A stretch of DNA of 44,341 nt. Source: Desulfotignum sp. (GTDB lineage Bacteria; Desulfobacterota; Desulfobacteria; Desulfobacterales; Desulfobacteraceae). Shown piece after piece: positions 17,321 to 26,764 of this stretch. Position 1 is the first letter of the stretch. Every line of letters begins with the position of its first letter. The notes beneath the pieces are model-generated. The model was not told where the DNA came from. It searched no databases and saw only the letters and a list, made by a program, of their open reading frames with translations. Location of the stretch: NCBI GenBank assembly GCA_021737445.1, contig JAIPDY010000001.1, forward strand, positions 1 through 44,341, given 5' to 3'. The translations under genes were made by a program, and so were the position numbers.

Positions 17321-19204
17321 TCAAGCTGATTTATGGTTATTTGATGCTGCAATGGCCACCATGAGAACCGAGATGGCCGCAGGAGTCATGCCGTCGGTCC
17401 GGGAGGCCTGGCCAAGGGATTTGGGTTGAATTTTTTCAAGCTTTTCTTTGATTTCATTGGACAGGCCATGGGCATTGGTGTAATCAAAATTCTCCGGAAT
17501 CCGGATCCGTTCCAAATCCTTGAATTTTTTGATTTCATTGAGCTGCCGGGTGATATATCCTTCATATTTGATTTCCACCTCCACCTGTCTGGCCACCCGG
17601 GCGGAAACAGGCGCAATTGGCGGTGCAATATCCAGCAGATTCTGATAGCTGAGTTCAGTGCGTTTCAACAGCTGTTCCAGTTTGACACCAGTGGAGATGG
17701 GGCTGCTGCCCAGCGATTCAAGGCACTGGTTGGTGGCCTTATCCGGCTTGACAACCGTCTGTCTCACCCGATGGATCTCCCTGCGGGTCTGTTCTTTAAT
17801 TTCACGGCACAGGGCCAGGCAGTCTGCATCGACCAGGCCGTATTCATGGGCGATCCGGGCCAGCCTGAGGTCGGCATTGTCTTCTCTGAGCATGAGGCGG
17901 TATTCCGCTCTGGAGGTGAACATGCGGTAAGGCTCTGTGGTGCCCCTGGTGACCAGGTCATCGATCATGACACCCAGATATGCCTGGGACCGGTCCAGAA
18001 TAAAGGGGGGGCGCTTTTGAACTTTGCAGGCCGCGTTAATACCGGCCCACAGCCCCTGGGCACCGGCCTCTTCATAGCCTGAGGTGCCGTTGATCTGTCC
18101 GGCCAGGAAAAGACCTTTAATACGCTTGGTTTCCAGGGCAGGGGTCAGTTCCAGGGGGCTCACATAGTCATATTCAATGGCATAGGCCGGCCGCATGATC
18201 TGAGCCTGTTCCAGGCCTTTCACCGACCTGACCACCTGGTACTGGATTTCCAGGGGCAGGCTGTTTCCCAGGCCGGATGCATAAATCTCTTTGGTATGGA
18301 TGCCCTCATATTCCAGAATGATATGGTGGCTGTTCCTGTCCGGGAATTTGACGATTTTGTCTTCAAAGGATGGGCAGTACCGGGCGGACTGTCCTTTGAT
18401 ATGGCCTCCGTAAAGGGCTGAATATTTTAAATTTTTTCTGACAAGGTCATGGGTGTCGGCATTGGTATTTCCCATGAAACTGGGCAGCATCGGGGTGATG
18501 ATATTTTTTGTTTTAAAGGAAAAAGGGATGGGATCACTGTCTGATGCATGACGTCTGAAACATGAAAAGTCGATGCTGTCAGCATGAAGCCTTGGCGGGG
18601 TACCGGTTTTCATACGCCCCATGTCAAATCCGATCTCAGCCAGGTTATTTCCCAAATGAATGGATGCAAACTCCCCGGCCCGGCCGGCGTCTATTTTGCT
18701 GGCACCGATATGAACCCTGCCCCGCAGAAATGTGCCGGTGGTTATGACCACGCAACCGGCGTGGTATTCAACCCCGGTCATGTCCACGATGCCCGTGATC
18801 TGATTGTTTTCAATGATCAGATCCTTAACCATGGCCTGTTTCAGATCCAGGTTCAAACAGGTTTCCAGCACGGTTTTCATGTGCCGGGAATAAAGGGTTT
18901 TGTCATTCTGGGCCCGGGTGGAATGGACGGCCGGTCCTTTTCTGGTGTTCAGGGTCCGGTACTGAATGGCTGATGCATCAGTGGTCAGGGCCATCTGCCC
19001 GCCCAGGGCATCGATCTCCTTGACCAGCTGTCCTTTGGCCATGCCGCCGATGGACGGGCTGCAAGGCATGGCAGCGATCTTGTCCATGTCAATGGTCAAA
19101 AGCAGGGTGCTGCACCCCATGCGGGCTGAAGCAAGGGCAGCCTCACATCCGGCATGCCCGGCCCCCACCACGATCACATCATATTTATATAAATAAAAAT
19201 TCAT
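17321..19204 (-). CDS. mnmG: tRNA uridine-34 carboxymethylaminomethyl modification enzyme MnmG (GidA)
   Basis: 'VVGAGHAGCEAA', 'KTGTPPRL', 'RYCPS', 'AGQINGTSGYEEA', 'EPYRMFTSRAEYRL'. Confidence 0.97.
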   Translation of the reverse strand: MNFYLYKYDVIVVGAGHAGCEAALASARMGCSTLLLTIDMDKIAAMPCSPSIGGMAKGQLVKEIDALGGQMALTTDASAIQYRTLNTRKGPAVHSTRAQNDKTLYSRHMKTVLETCLNLDLKQAMVKDLIIENNQITGIVDMTGVEYHAGCVVITTGTFLRGRVHIGASKIDAGRAGEFASIHLGNNLAEIGFDMGRMKTGTPPRLHADSIDFSCFRRHASDSDPIPFSFKTKNIITPMLPSFMGNTNADTHDLVRKNLKYSALYGGHIKGQSARYCPSFEDKIVKFPDRNSHHIILEYEGIHTKEIYASGLGNSLPLEIQYQVVRSVKGLEQAQIMRPAYAIEYDYVSPLELTPALETKRIKGLFLAGQINGTSGYEEAGAQGLWAGINAACKVQKRPPFILDRSQAYLGVMIDDLVTRGTTEPYRMFTSRAEYRLMLREDNADLRLARIAHEYGLVDADCLALCREIKEQTRREIHRVRQTVVKPDKATNQCLESLGSSPISTGVKLEQLLKRTELSYQNLLDIAPPIAPVSARVARQVEVEIKYEGYITRQLNEIKKFKDLERIRIPENFDYTNAHGLSNEIKEKLEKIQPKSLGQASRTDGMTPAAISVLMVAIAASNNHKSA

Positions 19205-19264
19205 AACCTTTTATAATAAGAATGATATCGCATAAAATCAATAAGAATTTACATTTTCAGCTGC

Positions 19265-19293
19265 TTGACAGACCAGGTCAGCTATCATATCTT
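19265..19293 (+). promoter_or_regulatory. Putative sigma70 promoter for fur-feoA/feoB
   Basis: TTGACA (19265-19270), a 17-nt spacer, then TATCTT (19288-19293). Confidence 0.55.
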
Positions 19294-19322
19294 AGTATGT
19301 TATTTTTACAGGATAAAAAAAC

Positions 19323-20300
19323 ATGATAAATACCCACGAGCAGGAAAAAAAACAGTTCATCCGGCTGTTTCAGGAACAAGGGCTGGACCGGTTTGATGAA
19401 CGGTTTCAGGTGCTTGAGGCATTTTTGCACCTGGATCACCATGTGACCCAGGCAGATATTGTCCAGCAGTTGAAAAAAGAGGGAAAAAAGCTGACCGATG
19501 AGTTTGTGTTCTCTTCCATGGAGCACCTGTGCCGGTTCGGGTTTGCCACCAAGGTCGAATTTGATCGGGAAGAAACCCTGTATGAGCACCGGCATCTGGG
19601 CATCCATCATGATCATATGATCTGTACCAAATGCGGCACCATTCTGGAATTCAAGGATGAGGCCCTGGAAAAACAGCAGCAGAAAATCGCCCAGGCCTAT
19701 GGATTCCATATGCTCCAGCACCGCATGGAGATATATGGATTTTGTGCCGCCTGCATGGCCAAAAGGCAGAAGCTGGTGCTTTTGCATAAAGCAAAACAGG
19801 GAGAACGGCTGACGGTGAAAGAGTTGGAAGCCGGCAGAAAAATGCAGCTGCGTATTTCTTCCATGGGATTGAAGATCGGTGATGAAATTGAAGTGGTTTC
19901 CAATGGATTTGGCGGACAGGTGGTGATTGCATCAGGTGAGACCAGGCTTGTCATCGGCAGCGGCATGGCCCAGAAAATCTGGGTGCAGCCTGTCGGCAGC
20001 GTGATGGATCTGCAAAAAAACGCAAAAGATGGTACTGTGACAGATCCGCAGGCAGTAAGACTGCTGCTGTGTGATATGAAAGCCGGTCAGGAAGGAACCA
20101 TTGTGCGGGTATCTGGTGAAAGCGCATTGCGGCGGCGTCTGCTGGAGATGGGAATCAACAGGGGAACCCGTGTTTATGTGGAAAAATATGCGCCGTTGAA
20201 AGATCCCATAGAGCTGGTTGTCAAGGGCTATCATATCTCCCTGCGTGTGGAGGAAGCTGCCCAGATTCTGGTTGAAAACGTAACAAACCGGAAACGATAA
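19323..20300 (+). CDS. Fur-family domain fused to two FeoA domains
   Basis: N-terminal Fur-like region ('HHDHMICTKCG', 'YGFCAAC'), then FeoA1 ('LRISSMGLKIG') and FeoA2 ('RRRLLEMGINRGT...APLKDPIELVVKGYHISLR'). Confidence 0.85.
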   Translation: MINTHEQEKKQFIRLFQEQGLDRFDERFQVLEAFLHLDHHVTQADIVQQLKKEGKKLTDEFVFSSMEHLCRFGFATKVEFDREETLYEHRHLGIHHDHMICTKCGTILEFKDEALEKQQQKIAQAYGFHMLQHRMEIYGFCAACMAKRQKLVLLHKAKQGERLTVKELEAGRKMQLRISSMGLKIGDEIEVVSNGFGGQVVIASGETRLVIGSGMAQKIWVQPVGSVMDLQKNAKDGTVTDPQAVRLLLCDMKAGQEGTIVRVSGESALRRRLLEMGINRGTRVYVEKYAPLKDPIELVVKGYHISLRVEEAAQILVENVTNRKR

Positions 20301-20302
20301 AA

Positions 20303-22474
20303 ATGAAACAGGAGCTGACCATTGCCCTGGCGGGAAATCCCAATTGCGGCAAGACCACGATTTTTAACAATCTGACCGGTGCCCGTCAGAAAGTGGGCAA
20401 CTGGCCCGGGGTCACCATTGAAAAAAAAGAAGGTTTTCTCAAATATCAGCAATATTCCGTGCGGGTGGTGGATCTTCCAGGTACCTACAGCCTGACTCCG
20501 TTTTCCATAGAGGAGATAACCACCCGGGATTTTATTCTCCAGGGAAATCCAGACATTGTGGTCAGTATTATTGATGCATCCAATCTGGAAAGAAGCCTGT
20601 TTCTGGCGCTTCAGATCATGGAACTGGGATGTCCTGTGCTTTTTGTGCTCAACATGGCGGATATGGCCCAGGCCCGGGGGATCCGCATCAATGAAAAAAA
20701 ATTGTCCGCTCTGCTGGATCTGCCTGTGGTGTTTACTGTGGGAAATAAAAATAAGGGCACAAACCGCCTGATTGAGGCTGCCATTCAGGAAAGTCTTGCC
20801 TTTGACAGGGGCAAAAAAAGCAGGGTTATCCGGTATGGCAATGAAACAGAAGCATGTATAAGCCAGGTGGAAAAGTTGCTTCAAAAGGCCCGGGCCGATG
20901 GGGACAGCACCCTGGTCCGCTGGCATGCCATCAAGATGCTGGAGGACGATGCCATTGAAAAACAAAAGATGCTGGCCCGTTTGCCTGAAAAAGGACCTGA
21001 TATAATTGATGCGGCAGCAGACTGCCGCAAACGGATTTTTAATCTGTTCCAGGATGATTTTGAGATTGTGATCACTGAAGACCGGTATGGGGTGATCGCC
21101 GGCATACTCAAGGAAACCGTTACCAATACCGCTAAAAAGCGCATTGACATATCCCGGAACATCGACCTGGTTCTGACCGACCGGTTTCTGGGAATTCCGG
21201 TGTTCATCTTTTTTATATGGGCCATGTTCCAGACCACCTTTACCCTGGGGGCCTATCCCATGGCCTGGATTGAGTCAGGGGTGGGGATGTTGACCGGCTG
21301 GCTGGATCATCTTCTCCCTCCCTCTCTGCTCAAATCGATGCTCCTGGACGGCATCGTTGCGGGCATCGGGTCGGTGATCGTATTTCTTCCCAATATCCTG
21401 ATTCTGTTTTTCTGCATTGCCCTGTTTGAAGATACCGGTTATATGGCCAGAGCTGCCTTTCTCATGGACCGGGTCATGCATACCGCAGGTCTCCATGGCA
21501 AATCCTTTATTCCCATGCTCATGGGGTTTGGGTGCAATGTGCCCGCCATCATGGCGGCCAGGACCCTGGAGCATCAGAAAGACCGGATTCTCACCATTTT
21601 GATGACTCCGTTCATGTCCTGTTCAGCCCGGCTGCCGGTGTATATTGTGCTGGCCGGCAGTTTTTTCGCACACAGGGCGGGAACTGTTATTTTTGGCCTG
21701 TATGCAGCCGGAATTATTATTGCCATTCTGTCAGGACGGATATTGCGGACCCTTTTTTTCAAGGGGGAAGAGGCCCCGTTTGTCATGGAACTGCCCCCCT
21801 ACCGCATGCCCATGCTCAAAAGTCTTCTTATCCATATGTGGGACAGAAGCAAAATGTTTCTGCGCAAGATGGGGGGGGTGATTCTGGTGGGGTCCATTAT
21901 TATCTGGGCATTGTCCAGCTTTCCCAAAAACATCACATATTCACAGGATTATCAGGCCCGGCAGGCGGAAGTGCGTGCCCGGTTTACTCAACAGCTTGAG
22001 ATGGCGGATGCGGATCAGAAACCGGTGTTACAAAGGGAGCTTGCCGCAAAGTTAAAGGAGATCCATACCGCAAAAGAGCAGGAACGGGTGGCAAAATCCT
22101 ATATTGGAAGGCTCGGCCATGCACTGGAACCGCTGTTTGCACCCATCGGCATCGGGTGGCAGGCCGGTGTAGCTCTTGTGACCGGGTTTGTGGCCAAGGA
22201 GGTGGTGGTGAGCACCATGGCGGTGCTTTACGGGGTAGGGGATACTGACGGCCAGGCCCTGGCCCTGGCATTGAAGCAATCGGGCATGACCCCGCAATCG
22301 GCATTGTCCATGATGGTGTTTGTTCTCTTGTACGTGCCCTGTTTTGCCACAGTGGCTGTTATTTACAGGGAAGCGTCTTTTAAATGGGCCTGCTTTAATA
22401 TAATTTATACCACCCTGGTTGCATGGACCCTGTCTTTTCTGGTATATCAGACAGGAATGATGTTACGCGGATGA
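20303..22474 (+). CDS. feoB: Ferrous iron transporter FeoB
   Basis: G1 'GNPNCGKTT', 'NWPGVT', 'DLPGTYSL', 'GFGCNVPA', 'MSCSARLP', 'FVMELPPY', 'LYVPC'. Confidence 0.97.
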   Translation: MKQELTIALAGNPNCGKTTIFNNLTGARQKVGNWPGVTIEKKEGFLKYQQYSVRVVDLPGTYSLTPFSIEEITTRDFILQGNPDIVVSIIDASNLERSLFLALQIMELGCPVLFVLNMADMAQARGIRINEKKLSALLDLPVVFTVGNKNKGTNRLIEAAIQESLAFDRGKKSRVIRYGNETEACISQVEKLLQKARADGDSTLVRWHAIKMLEDDAIEKQKMLARLPEKGPDIIDAAADCRKRIFNLFQDDFEIVITEDRYGVIAGILKETVTNTAKKRIDISRNIDLVLTDRFLGIPVFIFFIWAMFQTTFTLGAYPMAWIESGVGMLTGWLDHLLPPSLLKSMLLDGIVAGIGSVIVFLPNILILFFCIALFEDTGYMARAAFLMDRVMHTAGLHGKSFIPMLMGFGCNVPAIMAARTLEHQKDRILTILMTPFMSCSARLPVYIVLAGSFFAHRAGTVIFGLYAAGIIIAILSGRILRTLFFKGEEAPFVMELPPYRMPMLKSLLIHMWDRSKMFLRKMGGVILVGSIIIWALSSFPKNITYSQDYQARQAEVRARFTQQLEMADADQKPVLQRELAAKLKEIHTAKEQERVAKSYIGRLGHALEPLFAPIGIGWQAGVALVTGFVAKEVVVSTMAVLYGVGDTDGQALALALKQSGMTPQSALSMMVFVLLYVPCFATVAVIYREASFKWACFNIIYTTLVAWTLSFLVYQTGMMLRG

Positions 22475-22497
22475 TGGAAACACGGAAGGATTAAATA

Positions 22498-22962
22498 ATG
22501 AGGAGAAAACGATCCATATGTCAATCCATGTGTGTTTGGATGTTTTTGGTTATAACAGTCTTTTGTCTGGGTCCTGGCATTGCTGCTGCAAGTGAACGGG
22601 TGACTGTCAAGGTCAGTATCGCCAATATGCGATCGGGTCCTGGTACCAATTATGATGTTCTCTGGCAGGTGGAAAAATACCACCCGTTCCTTGTGGTGGA
22701 AAAAAAAGGCAACTGGGTTAAAATAAAGGATTTTGAAGGAGATATGGCCTGGATTCATTCCTCACTTCTGGCAGAGGTAGAAGCGGTTATTACCAAAAAA
22801 TCCAAATGCAATGTCCGGGCCAGACCCACCACAGAAAGCAGTATTTTGTTTACGGTTGAAAGGGGTGTGCCTTTTAAGGTGATCAAGCGTGAGGAAAGCT
22901 GGATATACATCGAGCATGCAGATGGTGAAAAAGGATGGATATACAATACCCTTGTCTGGTAA
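22498..22962 (+). CDS. Exported protein with two bacterial SH3 domains
   Basis: Signal peptide, 'ANMRSGPGTNY...W' and 'NVRARP...GWI'. Start may be 22528. Confidence 0.85.
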   Translation: MRRKRSICQSMCVWMFLVITVFCLGPGIAAASERVTVKVSIANMRSGPGTNYDVLWQVEKYHPFLVVEKKGNWVKIKDFEGDMAWIHSSLLAEVEAVITKKSKCNVRARPTTESSILFTVERGVPFKVIKREESWIYIEHADGEKGWIYNTLVW

Positions 22963-23000
22963 TATGACAATTAATTTTTTTACAAGAAGGTGAAAATAAA

Positions 23001-23699
23001 ATGGTAAATCAGAATGTGTCCAATGAGCGGAAAAAAGAGCTGCAGCAATTGGATCCTCTGCAGAGAAATCTCTTAAAGGCGATGGCCTATGCCGGGACAT
23101 ATAAAAAACAGTTGTTATTGATTCTGGGGGCAATGGTGCTGGTGGCAGTGGTGTTTGCCGGTATCATGATCAGTTTTCAACGATCTGAAAACACGGCATC
23201 CAATCTGGTTGCCGAAGCAATGAACCGCTACAACACCCTGGCGGATGATCCGAAAGCGGCGTATCAGGCAGTGAGGCAGGATTTTCATGCCGTGTTGAAT
23301 GACTATGCCAATACCAGTGCCGGCAGGATGGCCCAGGTCAGATATGCAGGTATCTGCATGGATGCCCAGGAGTATGACAAAGCGCTGGAGTGGTATGAAA
23401 AAGCCCTGGAAAACGTTGGAAAACAGGCTGAAATGCGCAATTTTCTGCTGTCTTCACTGGGACATGCATGGCTGGCCAAAAACAACCAGGAACGGGCGGA
23501 ATTTTATTTTAAACAGATTGAAACCGGTAAATCAGATCTGCTCAAAGATGAATCCCGGTTTGTACTGGCAAAGATCTATGAATCCCGTCAGGACACGTCA
23601 GCAAGCAAAAAGATGTATGAGATGCTTGTCAAAGAGCATGCTGATTCCATCTATTTAAACCTGGCCCAGGATATGATCGATCCTGTTTCTGTCCAATAG
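23001..23699 (+). CDS. Membrane-anchored TPR protein (YfgM-like)
   Basis: One N-terminal TM helix followed by TPR-like helices ('YANTSAG...A...YDKAL'). Confidence 0.75.
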   Translation: MVNQNVSNERKKELQQLDPLQRNLLKAMAYAGTYKKQLLLILGAMVLVAVVFAGIMISFQRSENTASNLVAEAMNRYNTLADDPKAAYQAVRQDFHAVLNDYANTSAGRMAQVRYAGICMDAQEYDKALEWYEKALENVGKQAEMRNFLLSSLGHAWLAKNNQERAEFYFKQIETGKSDLLKDESRFVLAKIYESRQDTSASKKMYEMLVKEHADSIYLNLAQDMIDPVSVQ

Positions 23700-23709
23700 A
23701 ACGGTTTTT

Positions 23710-25098
23710 TTAGTCTTTGATATTGAGTTCTTTGTCCAGGTTATATTTTTTCAACTTCTGGTTAAGACCGCTTTTGCCGATACCCAGAATCTGTGCCGCT
23801 TTTGTCTGGACATTTCCCGATAGATTCATGGCCCTTATAATCATGCGCTTTTCGACCGCAGTAAGGGTTTCTGCAAGGCCCACCCCTTCTGGAATCCCCT
23901 CCAGATCAAGAGTGCTGCCTGATGTCTGCCGGATATGGGGCGGCAGGTCGGCAGAGGTGATGATATCTTCCGGTGCAAGGATGACCGATCGTTCAATAAC
24001 GTTTTCAAGTTCCCGGACATTGCCGCTCCAGGGGTGATCACACAGGATCTGTGCCGCATCTTTGCTGATGCCTTTTATCCGGCTTGTGGATTCGGATTCC
24101 TGTGTGAATTTTTTGATAAAATGATTCATGAGTAAAGGAATGTCTTCCGGACGTTCCCGCAATGGTGGAATAACTGCTTTGACAACATTCAGGCGATAGT
24201 ACAGATCTTCTCTAAAACGTTTTTTGGCCACTTCCTCTTCAAGGGTTTTATTGGTGGCTGCAATGAGACGGAAATCAACAGGAATGGGGGTGGTGCCCCC
24301 CACCCTATCAATGGTTTTTTCCTGCAGAACCCGCAGCAGTTTCACCTGGAGGGGCATGGGCAGTTCTCCGATTTCATCCAGGAACAGGGTGCCTTTATCA
24401 GCCAGTTCAAACCGGCCTTTTTTTAATGCAGCAGCACCGGTAAAAGCCCCTTTTTCATGCCCGAATAATTCGCTTTCCAGAAGGGATTCAGCAAACGCCG
24501 CACAATTGACTGCCACAAGGGAGTTGTCCTTGCGCTGGCTGTTATAATGAATGGATTTGGCCACCAGCTCCTTGCCGGTGCCGCTTTCCCCTTCAATCAG
24601 GACAGCGGCATTGGTGGGGGCCACTTTCCGGATGATATCATACAGTTTCTGCATGGGTTTGCTTTTGCCGATGATGTTGTCAAATTGATATCGGGTCTGG
24701 ATGGCATCCCTGAGGCGGGCATTTTCCTGGACAATCCTGTACATGGAGATGGATTTGCTGATGTGGGCGATCAGGGCCTCGTTTTCAAAAGGCTTTAAAA
24801 TAAAGGTGTAGGCACCTTTGTGCATGGCTTCCACCGCTTTTTCTACGCTGCCGAAGGCGGTCATGATAATCACGGGCAGATCCGGTGTGATCTCCTTGAT
24901 TTTTTCCAAAAGATCGATACCGGTCATCCCCGGCATTTTTACATCGGTCAAAACCAGGTCGATGATCTGGGATTTCAGCAGATCCAGGGCTTCCATGCCG
25001 CTGGCTGCAGTGAACGATGTATACCCTTCTTCCTGGAGGACTTCACTTAAAATGAGGCGGTAATGTTTTTCATCATCAACAATCAATATGCTTTCCAT
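23710..25098 (-). CDS. Sigma54-dependent NtrC-family response regulator
   Basis: Receiver domain ('ILIVDDE', 'TDVKMPG'), 'GESGTGKE', 'GAFTGA', 'FLDEIGE' and a C-terminal Fis-type HTH. Confidence 0.95.
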   Translation of the reverse strand: MESILIVDDEKHYRLILSEVLQEEGYTSFTAASGMEALDLLKSQIIDLVLTDVKMPGMTGIDLLEKIKEITPDLPVIIMTAFGSVEKAVEAMHKGAYTFILKPFENEALIAHISKSISMYRIVQENARLRDAIQTRYQFDNIIGKSKPMQKLYDIIRKVAPTNAAVLIEGESGTGKELVAKSIHYNSQRKDNSLVAVNCAAFAESLLESELFGHEKGAFTGAAALKKGRFELADKGTLFLDEIGELPMPLQVKLLRVLQEKTIDRVGGTTPIPVDFRLIAATNKTLEEEVAKKRFREDLYYRLNVVKAVIPPLRERPEDIPLLMNHFIKKFTQESESTSRIKGISKDAAQILCDHPWSGNVRELENVIERSVILAPEDIITSADLPPHIRQTSGSTLDLEGIPEGVGLAETLTAVEKRMIIRAMNLSGNVQTKAAQILGIGKSGLNQKLKKYNLDKELNIKD

Positions 25099-25110
25099 GA
25101 TAAAACTCTC

Positions 25111-26535
25111 CTAGATCGGCAGCTCAATGTCAACCACAGCACCGGATGGTGCTGCATTGGATATGTGGATTTTTCCGTTGTGGGCCTCGATGATGTTTTT
25201 GACAATGCCAAGCCCCAGGCCGGTGCCGGTATCTTTGGTGGTAAAAAAAGGGGTCCATATTTTTTTGAGCATATTTTTTTCAATACCAGGGCCGTTGTCT
25301 GTAAATGAAATAGAGACAGTCCGGGTGTGAAACCAGGTGGAAATGGTCACGGTACCGTTTTTTCCCACTGCCTGAAAACAGTTGAGCAAAATATTTAAGA
25401 ATGCCTGGTAGAGCATGTCAGGATCTGCTGATATGCTCGGAAGATTGCTATGATATGCTTTATTGATTTTAATTTTTTGCGTTTGAATCTGTGGTTCAAG
25501 AAAAGACAGATTTTTTTCAATTACATCATGGATGTGGCAGGGCCGCAGATCAGCCTGCCTGGGCCTGGCAAAATTCAGAAAATCGGTAATAATATTGTTG
25601 AGCCGCTGTGACTCTTCTATAATGATATCTGGAATATTGGAACTGGCATCCAGTTTGATCATTTTTTTTTTCATCAGCTGGGCCGAGCTTTTGATGATAC
25701 CAAGGGGATTTCTGATTTCGTGGGAAACGCCGGCAGTCATCTCGCCGATGGCAGACAGATGCTCGGCCTGGCGCAGCTTTTCTTCCAGGCGCAGCCGCTC
25801 TTCAGCCCGGCTTTTGATAATTTTTTCCCCATGCTTTACCACAAAGCGTAAAACGATGAACAAAATTCCCATAACAGCGGCACAGGAGGCTACAATCAAC
25901 CCCTGGAGCTTGAACACCTGCTGATAATCATGGGATATGTCACGGACAATTTCAATGACGCCGATGACGGTTTTTTCTTCAGACCGGTAAAGTTGCATTT
26001 CCTGTACCAGTGGGGCAAAGGTAACAATTTTGGTCTCTTCAGGGAACCAGAACAGCAGCTCTAAAAAACTGCCTTTCTGGATCAGTTTGGAGGATGTTTT
26101 TTTCTGCATCGCTTTTTCATACAGCACACCCCCGGCATTTTTTTTGCCGATCTGCTCCTTGTCAAAACTGTAACCGATGATGTTGTCGGTTCCGTAAATA
26201 TTGACCATTTCCACATGAAAGCTGTGCAGGGTGGATGTGATTACTGCATCCAGAAGCCGGTGCTGTTCCGCTTCCCTGAGTTTGATTTCTCCATATTTAA
26301 AGGCAACAGGGGCCACAAATCTTAAAAAAATCTGGTGGTTCAGATTTTCCACAAGCAAAGAATTATATTCCTTGCTCTTTTCCAGCAGAAGGTTCCGGAC
26401 CCAGTGAGCATTCAAGGCAGCAATGATAATGGTGGCGGTCAGCATAACGATCAGACTGGAGATGGTAAACGCCTTGACCAGAACAAAGGGTCTTTCTTTC
26501 TGGATATCTGACGGGGTTTGACAGGTTTTTTTCAC
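25111..26535 (-). CDS. Sensor histidine kinase
   Basis: Two TM helices, H-box 'SHEIRNPL', N-box, 'DNGPG', 'PFFTTK', 'GTGLGL'. GTG start. Confidence 0.93.
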   Translation of the reverse strand: MKKTCQTPSDIQKERPFVLVKAFTISSLIVMLTATIIIAALNAHWVRNLLLEKSKEYNSLLVENLNHQIFLRFVAPVAFKYGEIKLREAEQHRLLDAVITSTLHSFHVEMVNIYGTDNIIGYSFDKEQIGKKNAGGVLYEKAMQKKTSSKLIQKGSFLELLFWFPEETKIVTFAPLVQEMQLYRSEEKTVIGVIEIVRDISHDYQQVFKLQGLIVASCAAVMGILFIVLRFVVKHGEKIIKSRAEERLRLEEKLRQAEHLSAIGEMTAGVSHEIRNPLGIIKSSAQLMKKKMIKLDASSNIPDIIIEESQRLNNIITDFLNFARPRQADLRPCHIHDVIEKNLSFLEPQIQTQKIKINKAYHSNLPSISADPDMLYQAFLNILLNCFQAVGKNGTVTISTWFHTRTVSISFTDNGPGIEKNMLKKIWTPFFTTKDTGTGLGLGIVKNIIEAHNGKIHISNAAPSGAVVDIELPI

Positions 26536-26764
26536 AAGGTTCCTTCAAGTTAAGGGTAATAAATTTCATATTCAACGCTGTTTTGGGTTTGACAAAACGG
26601 CCGGTTTTGTCTATTCAATCTTATGGAACATATGATAATACTTGACTTTCCAGGATTATCGTATCAGATTATAGTAATAATGGGGCAGGTTATCAACACA
26701 AAAAACAGGTACCGGCCGCCTGAACATGGCATCACTGAGCTGAAGGATGTAAGGAAGAAAGAGT

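Noticed and set aside
22472-22500. Sec read-through at the TGA stop of feoB (and of wrbA at 7655)
   Set aside because: Both proteins are complete, the positions are not Cys-equivalent, and no SECIS-like hairpin is seen.
26726-26742. Sigma54 promoter upstream of pilM (TGGCATCACTGAGC)
   Set aside because: The GG-to-GC spacing is 9 nt rather than the required 10.
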